A stretch of 64,000 bases of DNA from Methanotrichaceae archaeon (GTDB lineage Archaea; Halobacteriota; Methanosarcinia; Methanotrichales; Methanotrichaceae), in the NCBI GenBank assembly GCA_963748825.1, contig CAVVKN010000009.1, positions 160,001 through 224,000 of the forward strand, written 5' to 3'. Position numbers and translations under genes: made by a program. This document shows, piece after piece, positions 1 through 10,909 of this stretch. Numbering within the stretch: position 1 is the stretch's first letter; each line of letters starts with the position of its first letter. The notes beneath the pieces are model-generated. The model was not told the DNA's origin and searched no databases. It was given only the letters and a program-made list of their open reading frames with translations.

Positions 1-1590
1 GGCCCCTTCGTAGCCCTCAATGCATTTCATCCTCTTCAAATAAGAGACGACTTCTTGGTAGTGTTTCCTTCCCGTATCCTTATCGGCAAAGGGAATAATC
101 AACTCCCGGTAGACGTTGAAGTACTGCTCAGGGTAGCGGAAGGCCAGATCATTTTGATACAGTCTTAAGGTGGAGAGGCTTCTCTTGGCCAGTACCTCTG
201 TCAGCGCCTGATCGTACATCTTCTCTTTAAGATAGATATCAATTAGCTTGCTCCTGCCGGACCAGTCCGTAGATCTTTTCTCTGCAAAGTGTGCCAGTAT
301 CTTGGCCAGCCGCTCTTGCCACTCCTCTGCCTTAGAGGCCTTCTTTAGTGGCCCGTAATACTGCCAATCACCGCTCTGGAGAAATAGTGACTGTAGTGTA
401 TCCCGGTACTTTTTCGGATCAGAATCTTTGTAGATCCCGCTCAGGAAATCTCGTAACTCCTTTGTAAGATGATCTTCAAAGATGGCCACGCCCTCCTCCG
501 CCACCTCCAGAGCCTTCGCTTTCGCCCCATCGGCTAAAAGCTGCCGGGCGTACCTGAGACAAAGAGCATCACTGGTACGGTAATACCTCTCGATGAGCCC
601 ATAAAAATCATCCATCTCCCCGAGCTTGAGATGAAGGTCAAGCTTCATCGTGATCAGCTCTATCGCACCATGATGGTGCCACCAATCCTTATCACTGGGA
701 ACTTCGCCAGGCATATGCGGCTCCAGCAATTCATTCCAGTATCGCCGGTCCGACTCTTCGCGGCAGAGCTTATCTAGAGCTTCGCGGTAGTCGCTCTGGA
801 AATAGTCAGGATCCCCTCGCAGGTACTTGTCGAAGAGATACTTGATGTAAGGCCTCCTGCCATTTGCATCCAGTCCGGCCTTGAATATGCAGTCTGTGAA
901 TGCCTCCAGGCTATCGGTGAACTCTCCTCCATAGTTGCCGTCTGAGTCGTCCACCTCATCCATTTTCTCAGCTATGACCTCGGAAAGGGCCTGGTAGATC
1001 TTGGCCGCCTCCAGGAAATCGCCTTTCTGAATATAAAGCTCAGCCAGATCGCTTAGCGAAGAGAAGTCTATGTCCTCTCCGTAAGGAACATAACCGTGAT
1101 CCTCGACATCATCGTAGAGCGATTCCGCCTCAGCCTTATAATCATTCAGGCTTCTTCCCTCGCCTTTTTTGCCGAAGACGGCTTTAAACCGATTCCTGAG
1201 GTCTGCTCGCTGTTCCATCTCGGAGAGCAAGAAGCTTCGCAAAGCATCCGCATCGGCCCGCTTCAGGAGTTGCTCGGTATCCTCCAATTCACAGCTGCTT
1301 TTATTCATTAGAGGCTCGATCTCCACGTCATCGCGGATGACTGCCAGAAAGGTAGCAACTATGTGCTTGCATAGCCCATCCCAGTCGTAAGGACAGTCGC
1401 ATTCGCCGGAAAACTCCTCATCCAGCTCAATTTCCACCTGATAGTCATTTGTCCCGCTCACAACCGCCTTTACTCTGGTGGTCGTGGCCTCCTTGATGCG
1501 CACTCTTCCCTCCTCGAAATATCGCTCCCCCCGGTCGAAAGAGGACTCGGTGCACATTTGCCTGAGATCATCCTCATCCAAGTCAATCAT
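1..1590 (-). CDS. SWIM zinc-finger domain protein (3' end runs off the window)
   Basis: Absent from the ORF track. Manual translation from the ATG at 1590 gives MIDLDEDDLRQMCTESSFDRGERYFEEGRV...ECDCPYDWDGLCKHIVATFLAV, with the SWIM CxC...CxH motif. The start overlaps the upstream stop (ATGATTGA). Confidence 0.85.
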   Translation of the reverse strand, partial: MIDLDEDDLRQMCTESSFDRGERYFEEGRVRIKEATTTRVKAVVSGTNDYQVEIELDEEFSGECDCPYDWDGLCKHIVATFLAVIRDDVEIEPLMNKSSCELEDTEQLLKRADADALRSFLLSEMEQRADLRNRFKAVFGKKGEGRSLNDYKAEAESLYDDVEDHGYVPYGEDIDFSSLSDLAELYIQKGDFLEAAKIYQALSEVIAEKMDEVDDSDGNYGGEFTDSLEAFTDCIFKAGLDANGRRPYIKYLFDKYLRGDPDYFQSDYREALDKLCREESDRRYWNELLEPHMPGEVPSDKDWWHHHGAIELITMKLDLHLKLGEMDDFYGLIERYYRTSDALCLRYARQLLADGAKAKALEVAEEGVAIFEDHLTKELRDFLSGIYKDSDPKKYRDTLQSLFLQSGDWQYYGPLKKASKAEEWQERLAKILAHFAEKRSTDWSGRSKLIDIYLKEKMYDQALTEVLAKRSLSTLRLYQNDLAFRYPEQYFNVYRELIIPFADKDTGRKHYQEVVSYLKRMKCIEGYEGA

Positions 1591-2318
1591 TAGAGTTCCC
1601 TTCTGATGATGCGCTATTAGTCGTCTTCGTGCACAGATAGAGAGCGAAGAATCCCTGGCTATGCGTCGCTTTTTCTATCTTAAAGCCCGCTCTTTCGATC
1701 ATGCCCCGCATAATCCAATCCATAGTCGAATATTCATTTCGCACGTGCTCACAGATGCTGCGGGCAAACTGTGGGCCTGCTCTCTCTGTTGCCTTCGAGA
1801 TAAATTCATCCAGGAATTTCCCGTGGTTCACAGGATCAAAGGAGTATACCACATCCCGCAGGCAAAGCTTGCCACCCTCGGCCAGCATCTCTGCCATGCG
1901 CAGCAAAGCGATCTGTTTCCAAAAGTCGGGCAGATGGTGCAAGAGCAATCTGGCTGACGATGCCGTCAAATGGCGCACCATTGTGCCGGTAGGTGAGAAA
2001 GCCGCCCGGCAAGAATTCAATGTTGGCAACGCCGCGCGCCTGGGCCTTCTTTTCTGCATAGCGCAGCATGCCTGCCGAGAGGTCCACAGCGTAGACTTTG
2101 CGGCAGCGGCGGGCAGCGGCCAGGGCGAACTCGCCCGTGCCCGTCCCTATCTCCAGGATGCACTGATCGGGACGAAGGACGAGGAAGTCCAGGATCTCAA
2201 TGATTTCGCCGTGGACATCTCGAAACTTTTGCATATTACGATCATAGATCTCGGCCAGGGCGTCGAAGTCGGCGCCTGGGTGGTCGGGCTCGTGGTACTG
2301 CCAGACGGGGGCGGACAT
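1583..2318 (-). CDS. Class I SAM-dependent methyltransferase, frameshifted near 1941
   Basis: ORF 1836..2318 has ILEIGTGTG and VDLS. ORF 1583..2059 continues LHHLPDFWKQIAL...GGKLCLRD. Removing one base (CTTG to CTG) restores SQIALHHLPD. Confidence 0.85.
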
Positions 2319-2477
2319 TTTTCTACATCTCCATTGCCTTTTTTGCCAGGACTTTTGCGGATGGCATCAGGTCAATCAATTCTAGAGTTTCCGCACTCCA
2401 CTAATTTAAATCATATTGGACAATCAGGAATGTTTCAGCTTGTTGCTCATGCCCTTAGATTTAGCTCCTGAGCCAAT

Positions 2478-3047
2478 TCACCCCTCGATCATCGCTCTTA
2501 TCCACTCAACAGTTTCCATCACCCTGGCAAAGCGCATCGCCTGCGTCACCATCACCGCTCGGTGCAGATCCTGGGCCGAGATGGCTCCTGCGCTGTTGTG
2601 CACAGCCAGAGTTCCTATCGCATCGGAGAGAAAGTCCACCTGAAATCCCAAATGAAAAGCCTGGCGCGCCGTCGTGTCGCAGCACATCTGCGCCATGTAG
2701 CCGCAGATGGCAACGCGTCCCACGCCCGCCTCCCTCAGCCACTTCTCCAGCCCGGTTCCCGTGAAGCTGCCGGGCAGGCTCTTTTCTATCAGAATATCGC
2801 GTTTCCTAAGCTCAATTTCCGGGTGCAGTTTCCATTCCTCGCTGCCTTTCCGAAAGGTCGGCGAGTCCTTCGCGGCTGCGCTATGCTGGATGACGGCCAC
2901 TGGCACGCCCGCGCTGGCGGCATAGTCCATCGCCCTCAAAATATTGTTCAGGCTGTCTTCCGGAAAGGTCACGGGCAGACGGCCTGTGAAATATTCGTTC
3001 TGCACATCGATGACCAGCAATGCCGCATCAACCTTAGTCGTTTTCAT
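2478..3047 (-). CDS. Isochorismatase-family cysteine hydrolase
   Basis: [19 protein letters not shown] and [15 protein letters not shown] motifs. Confidence 0.9.
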   Translation of the reverse strand: MKTTKVDAALLVIDVQNEYFTGRLPVTFPEDSLNNILRAMDYAASAGVPVAVIQHSAAAKDSPTFRKGSEEWKLHPEIELRKRDILIEKSLPGSFTGTGLEKWLREAGVGRVAICGYMAQMCCDTTARQAFHLGFQVDFLSDAIGTLAVHNSAGAISAQDLHRAVMVTQAMRFARVMETVEWIRAMIEG

Positions 3048-3112
3048 GTCCTCATCCGTCCTTTAAAATGCAATCCAAATAGGAAATTATTTCCGTTATA
3101 AGATTTTAAATT

Positions 3113-3325
3113 ATGCAGATGGACCGGATCAGCGAACTTATGGCTAGGCTCTCTCCAAAACACCAGCAAGAGGTTTTGGATTTCGCTTTGTACCTCGCTG
3201 AAATTGAATGCAGACCTAGGCGAAAAATGCTCAGGCTGGACTGGGCGGGCGGATTGGCCGTGTTCAAAGAAAAATATACATCTGTGCAATTGCAGAAAGA
3301 ATCCCTGAATTGGTGGGGCGATTAA
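3113..3325 (+). CDS. DUF2281-like small protein (putative antitoxin)
   Basis: LSPKHQQEVLDFALYL...LRLDWAGGL...SVQLQKESLNWWGD resembles the DUF2281 pattern as I recall it. Confidence 0.65.
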   Translation: MQMDRISELMARLSPKHQQEVLDFALYLAEIECRPRRKMLRLDWAGGLAVFKEKYTSVQLQKESLNWWGD

Positions 3326-4128
3326 ACTCTTTCCACAATCATCGCCCTCTCCATCTCCCTGGCCACGCTCGCCCTCGCCATCCTGCTCTGCACCGTTGCC
3401 GCCAGCGCGTTGGCCGCCCTTGCTCGGGAGTACTCGTCCACCTGCCAGTCCAGCCCCTCGTAGCCCACATCCATGAGGATCAGCCCATCCGCCGGGGCGG
3501 TTGGCGCTCCGTGGTTCAGCTCCGGGCGCAGCAGATCTGAGAACCAGTCCATGTCCTTCTGACCCGCACCCACCTTCTCCAGAGCGCCCACGATCTTTCG
3601 CACCATATTCCAGAGAAAGCCGTTGGCCCGAATGTCGAAGATGAAAAGGCCGCGCTCCTCAGAGATCTCCAATTTTTGCACCGTCTTCACCGTATCCACC
3701 TTGGCCGAGGAGAAGTTCCGAAAGTCGTGCTCGCCCAAAAGCTGCTCTGCCGCAGCGTGCATCTTTTCCAGATCCAGTCCCGGATGCCAGAGAAGATAGC
3801 GATACTCCCGCCACTGGGCATTCCAGCGGGCGGAAAACCCTATGGGGGCTTTGGCCCAGGCCCAGGTCCAGATATCGCGGGGCAGCCGGCCATTTACACA
3901 CCGCGGACGGGTCAATTTGGCCTTGTCCTCGTCTATCCAAAAGTCGATGACCTGGCCAAGAGCCGAGACGCCCCGATCCGTTCTGCCTGCGTAGCAGAAG
4001 TCGCCGTGAATGACGCCGATTAGTGCCAGAGCTTTGCGAACCTCGGAATCGATTGTGACCAGGTCCGGTTGCTTCTGAAAGCCGTAGTAGTTGTCGCCCA
4101 GGTAGGCGAGCTTGAGTGCAATCTTCAT
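3322..4128 (-). CDS. truA: tRNA pseudouridine(38-40) synthase
   Basis: YLGDNYYGFQKQP, catalytic AGRTDRGVSA, GEHDFRNF and FLWNMVRKIV motifs. Confidence 0.95.
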   Translation of the reverse strand: MKIALKLAYLGDNYYGFQKQPDLVTIDSEVRKALALIGVIHGDFCYAGRTDRGVSALGQVIDFWIDEDKAKLTRPRCVNGRLPRDIWTWAWAKAPIGFSARWNAQWREYRYLLWHPGLDLEKMHAAAEQLLGEHDFRNFSSAKVDTVKTVQKLEISEERGLFIFDIRANGFLWNMVRKIVGALEKVGAGQKDMDWFSDLLRPELNHGAPTAPADGLILMDVGYEGLDWQVDEYSRARAANALAATVQSRMARASVAREMERAMIVERV

Positions 4129-5418
4129 CTAGACTTCTCTGGGGTCAGTGATGTACCCGGTGATGGCGCTCGCTCCCGCGGTTGCGGGCGAGCAGAGGTA
4201 GACAAACGCCTGGGGGCTGCCCTGCCGGCCCACGAAGTTTCGATTGGACGTGGAGAGGCAGCGCTCACCTGCTCCCAGCAGGCCGAAGCTTCCTCCCATG
4301 CACGGCCCGCAGCAGGCCGACTCAAACATGGCCCCCGCCTCCATGAACTTCTCTATGAGGCCAGCATGCAAACATTTCATGTACTCCTCCCGGCTGGCTG
4401 GCACTACGATCATGCGCACGCCCTTAGCAACAGGCTCGCCCTTCATCATCTGCGAGGCAAGCATGAGATCCTCAAATCGGCCGTTGGTGCATGAGCCCAG
4501 AAACACCTGATCGAGCTTCGTCTCCGGTACCTCGCTTATCGGCAAGACATTGTCCACGTTGTGGGGCATCGCAATCTGCGGCTCCAGATCGCTGACATTC
4601 CAGCTCTTCCTGGTGAAGGTCGCGTCCTCGTCTCCCCGCACAATTCCCTCTCTAATAGCTGCCTTGTCCTTCACCCGTCCCTCCAGGTACTTTATGGTGG
4701 TCTCATCCGTCTCGAAGATGCCGGCCTTGGCCCCCATCTCAATGGCCATGTTGGATACCGTCATCCTCTCCGGGATGCTCATTCGGCTTGCGGCCTCGCC
4801 TTTAAACTCGCAGGCCAGATAGTTCGCTCCGTCCGCCCCGATATCGCCAATGATCTTCAGCACTGCGTCCTTGGAGGTGACTCTGGCGGGCAGCCTTCCT
4901 TCGATCATGAGCTGCAAGGTTTTGGGCACCATGAACCAGAGCTTGCCTGTGGCAAAGACTGATGCCATGTCCGTAGACCCGACGCCTGTGGCAAAAGCTC
5001 CGAAGGCACCGTAGGTGCAGGTATGCGAGTCGGTGCCCACTATGATGCTCCCAGGCAGCACATGCCCCTTCTCCGGCATGACTTGATGGCATACGCCGCA
5101 AAATATGTCGTAGTTTAAGATTCCCTGCTCCTGCGCGAATTTGCGCAGCATGATGTGATTCTCCGCCGCCTTCAGGCTGTCCGCGGGAACCTGATGATCA
5201 AAGAGCAGGACGATTCTTGCGGGATCCCAGACCAAGGCATCCCTGCCCGCGATCTCATAAAATCCCTTGACCGCCAGCGGGCCGGTGATGTCGTGGATCA
5301 TGGCGCCATCTATGTCCGCCATGACGAACTCGCCAGCATGTACCTCTTTTTGGGAGGCTTTAGAAAATATCTTTTCAGACAGGGTTTGGCCACTCATGGC
5401 AAGGGCCATCTCATCCAT
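4129..5418 (-). CDS. 3-isopropylmalate dehydratase / homoaconitase large subunit (LeuC/AksD family; start may be 5397)
   Basis: DSHTCT, GSCTNGR, CCGPCMG and [12 protein letters not shown] aconitase-family motifs. The paralog cannot be resolved from motifs alone. Confidence 0.9.
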   Translation of the reverse strand: MDEMALAMSGQTLSEKIFSKASQKEVHAGEFVMADIDGAMIHDITGPLAVKGFYEIAGRDALVWDPARIVLLFDHQVPADSLKAAENHIMLRKFAQEQGILNYDIFCGVCHQVMPEKGHVLPGSIIVGTDSHTCTYGAFGAFATGVGSTDMASVFATGKLWFMVPKTLQLMIEGRLPARVTSKDAVLKIIGDIGADGANYLACEFKGEAASRMSIPERMTVSNMAIEMGAKAGIFETDETTIKYLEGRVKDKAAIREGIVRGDEDATFTRKSWNVSDLEPQIAMPHNVDNVLPISEVPETKLDQVFLGSCTNGRFEDLMLASQMMKGEPVAKGVRMIVVPASREEYMKCLHAGLIEKFMEAGAMFESACCGPCMGGSFGLLGAGERCLSTSNRNFVGRQGSPQAFVYLCSPATAGASAITGYITDPREV

Positions 5419-5517
5419 GATAAATAAATCTTAACCTTGGAGACCCTTTCAAAGCCTTTAAATAAATCCGATAATAACAACGATGTACACAAGATTACAT
5501 CGTAGTTTAAAGATGGA

Positions 5518-6879
5518 GTGTCCCAGATGAAGATCAAGTATTTGCTCGACGAGGAAGAGATCCCCAAGAAGTGGTACAACGTAGCTGCCGATATGCCCAC
5601 ACCCCTGGACCCGCCTCTGCATCCCGGGACGCTGAAGCCCCTCTCTGCCTCAGACATGGAGATGATCTTTCCCAAAGCGCTCATCCAACAGGAGATGAGC
5701 ACCGAACGCTGGATAGACATCCCCGAAGAGGTACGCGACATCTACCGGCTCTGGAGGCCTACGCCTCTTTACCGCGCGGCCGCCCTGGAGAAGGCTCTGC
5801 AGACCCCTGCCAAGATCTACTACAAATATGAAGGCGTAAGCCCAGCCGGCAGCCACAAGCCCAATACTGCCGTACCCCAGGCTTACTACAACATGAAAGA
5901 GGGCATTGAAAGACTGGCTACAGAGACTGGCGCCGGACAGTGGGGCTCGGCTCTCTCTTTGGCAACCTGCCTCTTCGGCCTGAAGTGCACCGTTTACATG
6001 GTCCGATCAAGCTTCGATAGCAAGCCCTACCGCAAGAGCGCCATGCGCGTCTGGGGCGCAGATTGCTTTGCCAGCCCGTCCGATAAAACCAATTTTGGCA
6101 GAAAGATCCTGGCCGAGATGCCTGACACGCCAGGCTCTTTGGGCATCGCCATCTCCGAAGCAGTAGAGGACGCGGCCAGCCACAGTGATACCAATTATGC
6201 CCTGGGCTCGGTGCTCAACCACGTCCTGATACATCAGTCCGTGGAGGGCCTGGAGCTGAAAAAGCAGTTCGATCTGGCCGATGACTATCCAAACGTTATG
6301 TTCGGCTGCTGCGGCGGAGGAAGCAACTTCCCGGGCATGATCTTCCCCTTCATTCCCGACAAGATGAAGGACAAGAAGGATCTGCGCATGGTGGCCTGCG
6401 AGCCGACTGCCTGCCCCACACTCACCAAGGGGCTTTTCGCCTACGACTTTGGCGACACAGCTGGCATGGCGCCAGTGATCAAGATGTATACCCTGGGACA
6501 TGACTTCATTCCGCCCGGCATCCATGCCGGTGGCCTGCGTTACCATGGAGATGCCCCACTGCTCTGCAATCTGGTGCATGACGGCCTGATAGAGGCGACA
6601 GCTCTGCAGCAGACCGAAGTCTTCGAAGCAGCCACCCTCTTCGCCCGCAGCGAAGGCATAATTCCGGCGCCGGAAGCGGCTCACGCCATCAAGCCCGCCA
6701 TTGACGAGGCGCGAAGGTGCAAGAAGACGGGCGAGGCCAAGACCATCTTCATCTCTCTGTCCGGTCATGGCCACTTCGATCTGGCGGCCTACGATGCCTA
6801 CAACGACGGCAAGTTGGTGGACTACGAGTATCCGGCAGATCTGGTCAAGCAGTCCCTCGCCAAGTTGCCCAAGGTTTGA
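5518..6879 (+). CDS. trpB2: TrpB-like PLP enzyme (tryptophan synthase beta type 2)
   Basis: [10 protein letters not shown] (PLP lysine), TETGAGQWG and HAGGLRYHG; stand-alone, with no trpA beside it. Confidence 0.93.
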   Translation: MSQMKIKYLLDEEEIPKKWYNVAADMPTPLDPPLHPGTLKPLSASDMEMIFPKALIQQEMSTERWIDIPEEVRDIYRLWRPTPLYRAAALEKALQTPAKIYYKYEGVSPAGSHKPNTAVPQAYYNMKEGIERLATETGAGQWGSALSLATCLFGLKCTVYMVRSSFDSKPYRKSAMRVWGADCFASPSDKTNFGRKILAEMPDTPGSLGIAISEAVEDAASHSDTNYALGSVLNHVLIHQSVEGLELKKQFDLADDYPNVMFGCCGGGSNFPGMIFPFIPDKMKDKKDLRMVACEPTACPTLTKGLFAYDFGDTAGMAPVIKMYTLGHDFIPPGIHAGGLRYHGDAPLLCNLVHDGLIEATALQQTEVFEAATLFARSEGIIPAPEAAHAIKPAIDEARRCKKTGEAKTIFISLSGHGHFDLAAYDAYNDGKLVDYEYPADLVKQSLAKLPKV

Positions 6880-8030
6880 TGGCTGAAAGAGTCGGAAAGA
6901 TCGGCTTTCTCATCAACCCCATAGCTGGCATGGGCGGAGCAGTCGGCCTGAAAGGCACGGACGGCCTGGCAGCTGCTGCCCGGGCCAGGGGGGCAAAGCC
7001 TATGGCAGCAACGCGTGCACGAGCCTGCCTGCATTTGCTTTCCCCAGAGACAGAAAACCTCCTCTTTTTTGCTGCCAGCGGCAAGATGGGTGAAGATGAG
7101 CTGAAGGAATGCGGCCTGCAATACACTGTGGTCTATGTAGCTGCTGAAGAGTCCAGCTCCCTGGACACAGGGCTCGCCTGCCAGGCCTTCCTTGAAAACG
7201 GCGTCGATTTGATTCTATTTTGCGGAGGCGACGGAACGGCGCGAGATGTTGCCAGCAGAGCTGGCATGCGCCCCATCCTGGGCATTCCAGCAGGCGTGAA
7301 GATGCATTCCGGCGTCTTTGCCATCAGCCCCCAGACCGCAGCAGAGCTGGCTCTGGGCTTTGTGCGGGGCGAACTTAAGGCCAGAGAGACGGAGATCGTG
7401 GATGTGGACGAGGAGCTCTACCGGGCAGGAGAGCTGCAGACTAGGCTTTATGCTGTGGCCCGCACGCCTTACAAGCCGACTTTGGTGCAGGAGAGAAAGA
7501 GGCTCTACAGCTCCTCAAGCGAGGAAGAGTTCAAGGATCAGATCGCACTCTTTGCCTCCGAATTCATGAGGGACGGCTCGGCCTATATTTTAGGGGCGGG
7601 AACTACCACGGCCAGGATTGCCGAGCTTCTACGAGTGGAAAAGACCCTGCTTGGCGTGGATGTGATCCAAGAAGGAAAGCTACTGCTCAAAGATGCCTCG
7701 GAGAGCGATCTTTTGGCCTTGTTGGATCGGGAAAAGAGCGTCAAAGTCATTGTCAGCCCCATCGGAGCCCAGGGCTTCATACTGGGACGAGGCAGCCAGC
7801 AGATCAGCGCTGCCATCCTGCGGCGAGTGGGAGAGGAGAATTTGATAATAGTATCCACGCCCCATAAGCTGGCGGAGCTGCCGCAACTATTGGTGGACAC
7901 GGGCGACCTGCAGATGGATAGCATCCTGGCAGGGAAGAGAATGGTTGTCACGGGATATCGCGTAGCGCAGAGAAAAGAGACGGTAGCTGCATCAGCGCTA
8001 AATGACATCGATATCCAAATACAATCGTAA
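6879..8030 (+). CDS. ATP-NAD kinase family protein
   Basis: The ATG at 6879 overlaps the trpB2 stop (TGATG). Motifs INPIAGMGGAVGLKGTDG, GGDGTARD, GVKMHSGVF and GRGSQQ. Confidence 0.85.
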   Translation: MAERVGKIGFLINPIAGMGGAVGLKGTDGLAAAARARGAKPMAATRARACLHLLSPETENLLFFAASGKMGEDELKECGLQYTVVYVAAEESSSLDTGLACQAFLENGVDLILFCGGDGTARDVASRAGMRPILGIPAGVKMHSGVFAISPQTAAELALGFVRGELKARETEIVDVDEELYRAGELQTRLYAVARTPYKPTLVQERKRLYSSSSEEEFKDQIALFASEFMRDGSAYILGAGTTTARIAELLRVEKTLLGVDVIQEGKLLLKDASESDLLALLDREKSVKVIVSPIGAQGFILGRGSQQISAAILRRVGEENLIIVSTPHKLAELPQLLVDTGDLQMDSILAGKRMVVTGYRVAQRKETVAASALNDIDIQIQS

Positions 8031-8056
8031 AATCAGCTTAACATATATAGCCCTTC

Positions 8057-9604
8057 ATGCGTTCTTGCCACGCGGTGAGTCAATCATATGCCCGTCCGGA
8101 GTATACAGGAATTGGGAGAAAAGTCCATAGCCAAACCGAGACGGGAAATAAGGGCAAAGAAGATTTGAACACATCAACGGCAGCGTTAGAACCATTCGAT
8201 TCATCTGAATTGCCTGTTGCCGGCAGAAATGTCTTGGCCTTTATCATCCTGCTCGGCATATTCATGTTTGTCATCGACGGCTCAGTGGTCTCCATTGCCC
8301 TCCCCACCATCACCCGCTACTTTCAGGCCGATGTAGCCCAGACTCAGTGGGTGATAACATCCTACCTGGTCACTGTGACCAGCCTGCTCATGATCTTCGG
8401 CAAGATAGCAGAGCGAACCGGAAAGGTCAGGCTCTTTTTGGCAGGATTTGTCATCTTCACCATGGCATCGGTAGCCTGCGGTCTTTCCACTACCCTTAGC
8501 ATGCTCATCTTCTTTCGGGCGGTTCAGGCAGCAGGAGCTGCCATGTCCTTTTCCATCAGCACGGCCATAATCTTTCAGATTTACCATCGCGGGGAACAGG
8601 GCAGAGCCATGGGTTACATCGGCACTACCGTCTCTTTGGCCAGCATTGCCGGACCAATATTGGGTGGTTATTTGGTGGATTACATGGGCTGGAAATACAT
8701 TTTTCTCATCAATTTGCCCATAGGCATTGTGCTCTTGGCTATTGCCGCCAAGTACATGAAAATCGAGGAGATTAGATCGAAAAAACTGGACTTAGACTGG
8801 CGTGGAGCGACTGTGCTTATTATCTTCATAGTATCTCTGATGCTATTTCTTGGCGATCTTTCCAGCAACACAGCTCATTTTAATGCAGAGAACTCCTTCT
8901 TCCTGCTGGCTCTGTTGTCGCTGCCGGCATTTGTCTGGATCGAATCGCATCAAAAGTCCCCTCTTTTGGACCTTTCCATCTTCCGGGTAAAAAAGTTCGT
9001 CCTGCCCATAATCGCCATAATCTTATTCATCATTTCCAGCTTCTCCGTGTTCATCCTGGGTCCTTTTTACTTCCAGGGCGCCATGGGCTACTCGCCCTCT
9101 CAAGTGGGCAGCGTATTTCTCATTGTGCCGGCCATAATGGCCATTGGCTCACCACTGGGCGGCTGGATATATGACAGATATCACTTTCGCTACAATTCCG
9201 CCCTGGGCATGATAATCGTAGCTGCGTCTCTCCTTTTCATGGGAAGCGGAATTGGTAGAGATGATCTTTCCTCAATTTATGTCTCCTTTGTGATCATGGG
9301 GCTGGGAAGCATGCTATTTCAAAGCCCTATCAATACCGAGATCATGAATGCACTGCCAAGAGAGATGCTTGGCACTGCTTCCAGTCTCTCCTCGGCAGTA
9401 AGAAATATGGGCATGTCCCTGGGCGTCTCGATCTCTACCCTTCTCTTATCGCTGCAATTAGACCTTGCCGGCTATCATGGCCCGGTATTAGATGCGAAGC
9501 CGCAGCTTCTCAGTCTCACCATAAGCAATGTTATGATCATTGCGGCGGCATTATGCATACTGGGGGCAGCGGCTGCCTTTCTTCGCAATCGAGATGATAG
9601 TTAG
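8057..9604 (+). CDS. MFS transporter, DHA2 (EmrB/QacA-like)
   Basis: IDGSVVSIALPTI, WVITSY, GPILGG and WKYIFLINLPIG motifs with many hydrophobic segments. The start is uncertain and may lie downstream. Confidence 0.9.
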   Translation: MRSCHAVSQSYARPEYTGIGRKVHSQTETGNKGKEDLNTSTAALEPFDSSELPVAGRNVLAFIILLGIFMFVIDGSVVSIALPTITRYFQADVAQTQWVITSYLVTVTSLLMIFGKIAERTGKVRLFLAGFVIFTMASVACGLSTTLSMLIFFRAVQAAGAAMSFSISTAIIFQIYHRGEQGRAMGYIGTTVSLASIAGPILGGYLVDYMGWKYIFLINLPIGIVLLAIAAKYMKIEEIRSKKLDLDWRGATVLIIFIVSLMLFLGDLSSNTAHFNAENSFFLLALLSLPAFVWIESHQKSPLLDLSIFRVKKFVLPIIAIILFIISSFSVFILGPFYFQGAMGYSPSQVGSVFLIVPAIMAIGSPLGGWIYDRYHFRYNSALGMIIVAASLLFMGSGIGRDDLSSIYVSFVIMGLGSMLFQSPINTEIMNALPREMLGTASSLSSAVRNMGMSLGVSISTLLLSLQLDLAGYHGPVLDAKPQLLSLTISNVMIIAAALCILGAAAAFLRNRDDS

Positions 9605-9651
9605 ACAAAAATCAATACATTTATATTATCAGGATTACTGCATAGCTCTTC

Positions 9652-9996
9652 ATGAATGCGCTTGCCCTAATTCCCGTTATTTTGCTGCTGCAGGCTTCAT
9701 ACTTCGATATGCAGGGCACTATAATGAATGTTATTTCTCCGTCCAGCCTTCTTATCGGAAATAATACCATTAACCTGGCGGATGTAGACGCTTCCGGGCT
9801 CAATCAAAGACAGTATGCTTATCTGATGGATGATCTCAAAAGCAGTCTGCTAGGCAAGGATGTCTTCGTCAAAGGTGGCTATGTTTATTTTGATTTGACA
9901 GGGAGCTACAATTCAGTGAGTATCAATGAGATGACTCAGAAGGAGATATCGGATTTAAAGGAAATGAGTAGATTCTTCTGTGATGAATGTAGATAA
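9652..9996 (+). CDS. Secreted hypothetical protein with a degenerate thermonuclease (SNase)-like pattern
   Basis: Hydrophobic N-terminus, then GTIMNVISPSSLLIGNNTINLADVDAS and LLGKDVFV. Confidence 0.55.
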   Translation: MNALALIPVILLLQASYFDMQGTIMNVISPSSLLIGNNTINLADVDASGLNQRQYAYLMDDLKSSLLGKDVFVKGGYVYFDLTGSYNSVSINEMTQKEISDLKEMSRFFCDECR

Positions 9997-10106
9997 TACT
10001 CATATATTTTAAATTTTGTGCTATTGTGTATAATATTGCCATGCTCGTATAATATATTTCCCATAGAGTATCCAGATGAGCACAAATATTCCAAAAATAA
10101 TGTAGA

Positions 10107-10150
10107 GGTTGGTGATATACACCAACCACTGAAGAAGACGCATCTTCTTC
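10107..10150. terminator. Two adjacent perfect hairpins between convergent genes
   Basis: GGTTGGTG-ATATA-CACCAACC (10107-10127) and GAAGAAGA-CGCA-TCTTCTTC (10131-10150), just past the atpD stop. A terminator role is inferred from position. Confidence 0.5.
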
Positions 10151-10209
10151 TCAGCCGTCCCAACCCAGTCTTCCGCTTTTCGCTCAAACCAGTTGGACAT
10201 CTGTTCCTA

Positions 10210-10905
10210 TTAAGCTGAAGCCTTGGCAGCGGCGGCTTTCTCCGCTTCCTTCTTGGCTTCTTCTGCTGCGGCTTTCCTCTCGGACTTGCCCTTGAGCATC
10301 TTCATCTTGACCAGGTTGTCCCTTTCCATCTCCTCCAAGGCCATGCTGATGAACTTGATGGTGTCCTTGAGATCGGGAACCACCTTGAACTCCAGAGCAT
10401 TGACACGCCTCTTGGTGCTGTCGATATCCTCGACAAGCCTTATCATGGCGGTCTCTACCTCTGCAGCTAAGATGATCTTATCCAGCAAGCCCTCATAGGC
10501 ATCAGCGGCCTCATCAATGGCGGCCCCAGTCCCAATGATGCCGTAGCCTCGCTCGAACATCTTCTTATGCACGGCCTCTGCCGCGATCTTGGGAACTACT
10601 ACGCCCATGATATTTCTGGACTCAAGCTGGATAACCGGCTCTTTTTGGAGGGAATAGGCCACGCTTCCGATGGCAACTGTCCCCTCGATGGCCATAGCCA
10701 TTTGAAGCCTCTGCTCGGCTACGATCAGAGCTTCAACCAGCTCTTTCCTGACCGTCTTGGCCTTGCTTAGCACCTCGAAGAACTCAATCATGAGGCCGTC
10801 ACGCTTCATTTTGAGGAGTGAGTGACCTGTTTTTGCGATCTTCATCCTTTTCTTGAGAGCGATCAGCACTGCCCTTGTCGGTTTTGTTCCTCGAATTACG
10901 GGCAT
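10210..10905 (-). CDS. atpD: A-type ATP synthase subunit D
   Basis: Likely start MPVIRGTKPTR at 10905; GHSLLKMKRDGL and TKRRVNALE motifs. Confidence 0.95.
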   Translation of the reverse strand: MPVIRGTKPTRAVLIALKKRMKIAKTGHSLLKMKRDGLMIEFFEVLSKAKTVRKELVEALIVAEQRLQMAMAIEGTVAIGSVAYSLQKEPVIQLESRNIMGVVVPKIAAEAVHKKMFERGYGIIGTGAAIDEAADAYEGLLDKIILAAEVETAMIRLVEDIDSTKRRVNALEFKVVPDLKDTIKFISMALEEMERDNLVKMKMLKGKSERKAAAEEAKKEAEKAAAAKASA

Positions 10906-10909
10906 GATC

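Noticed and set aside
2330-2410. Possible pseudoknot or riboswitch upstream of the methyltransferase (GGAGU/ACUCU stem, loop GCGGA pairing with UCCGC)
   Set aside because: The stems are short, match no riboswitch consensus I know, and sit so close to a TATA-like TTTAAAT that the 5' half may not be transcribed.
6717-6878. N-terminal extension of the kinase ORF overlapping trpB2
   Set aside because: Homology begins at the ATG at 6879, which is coupled to the trpB2 stop; the extension is an open-frame artefact.
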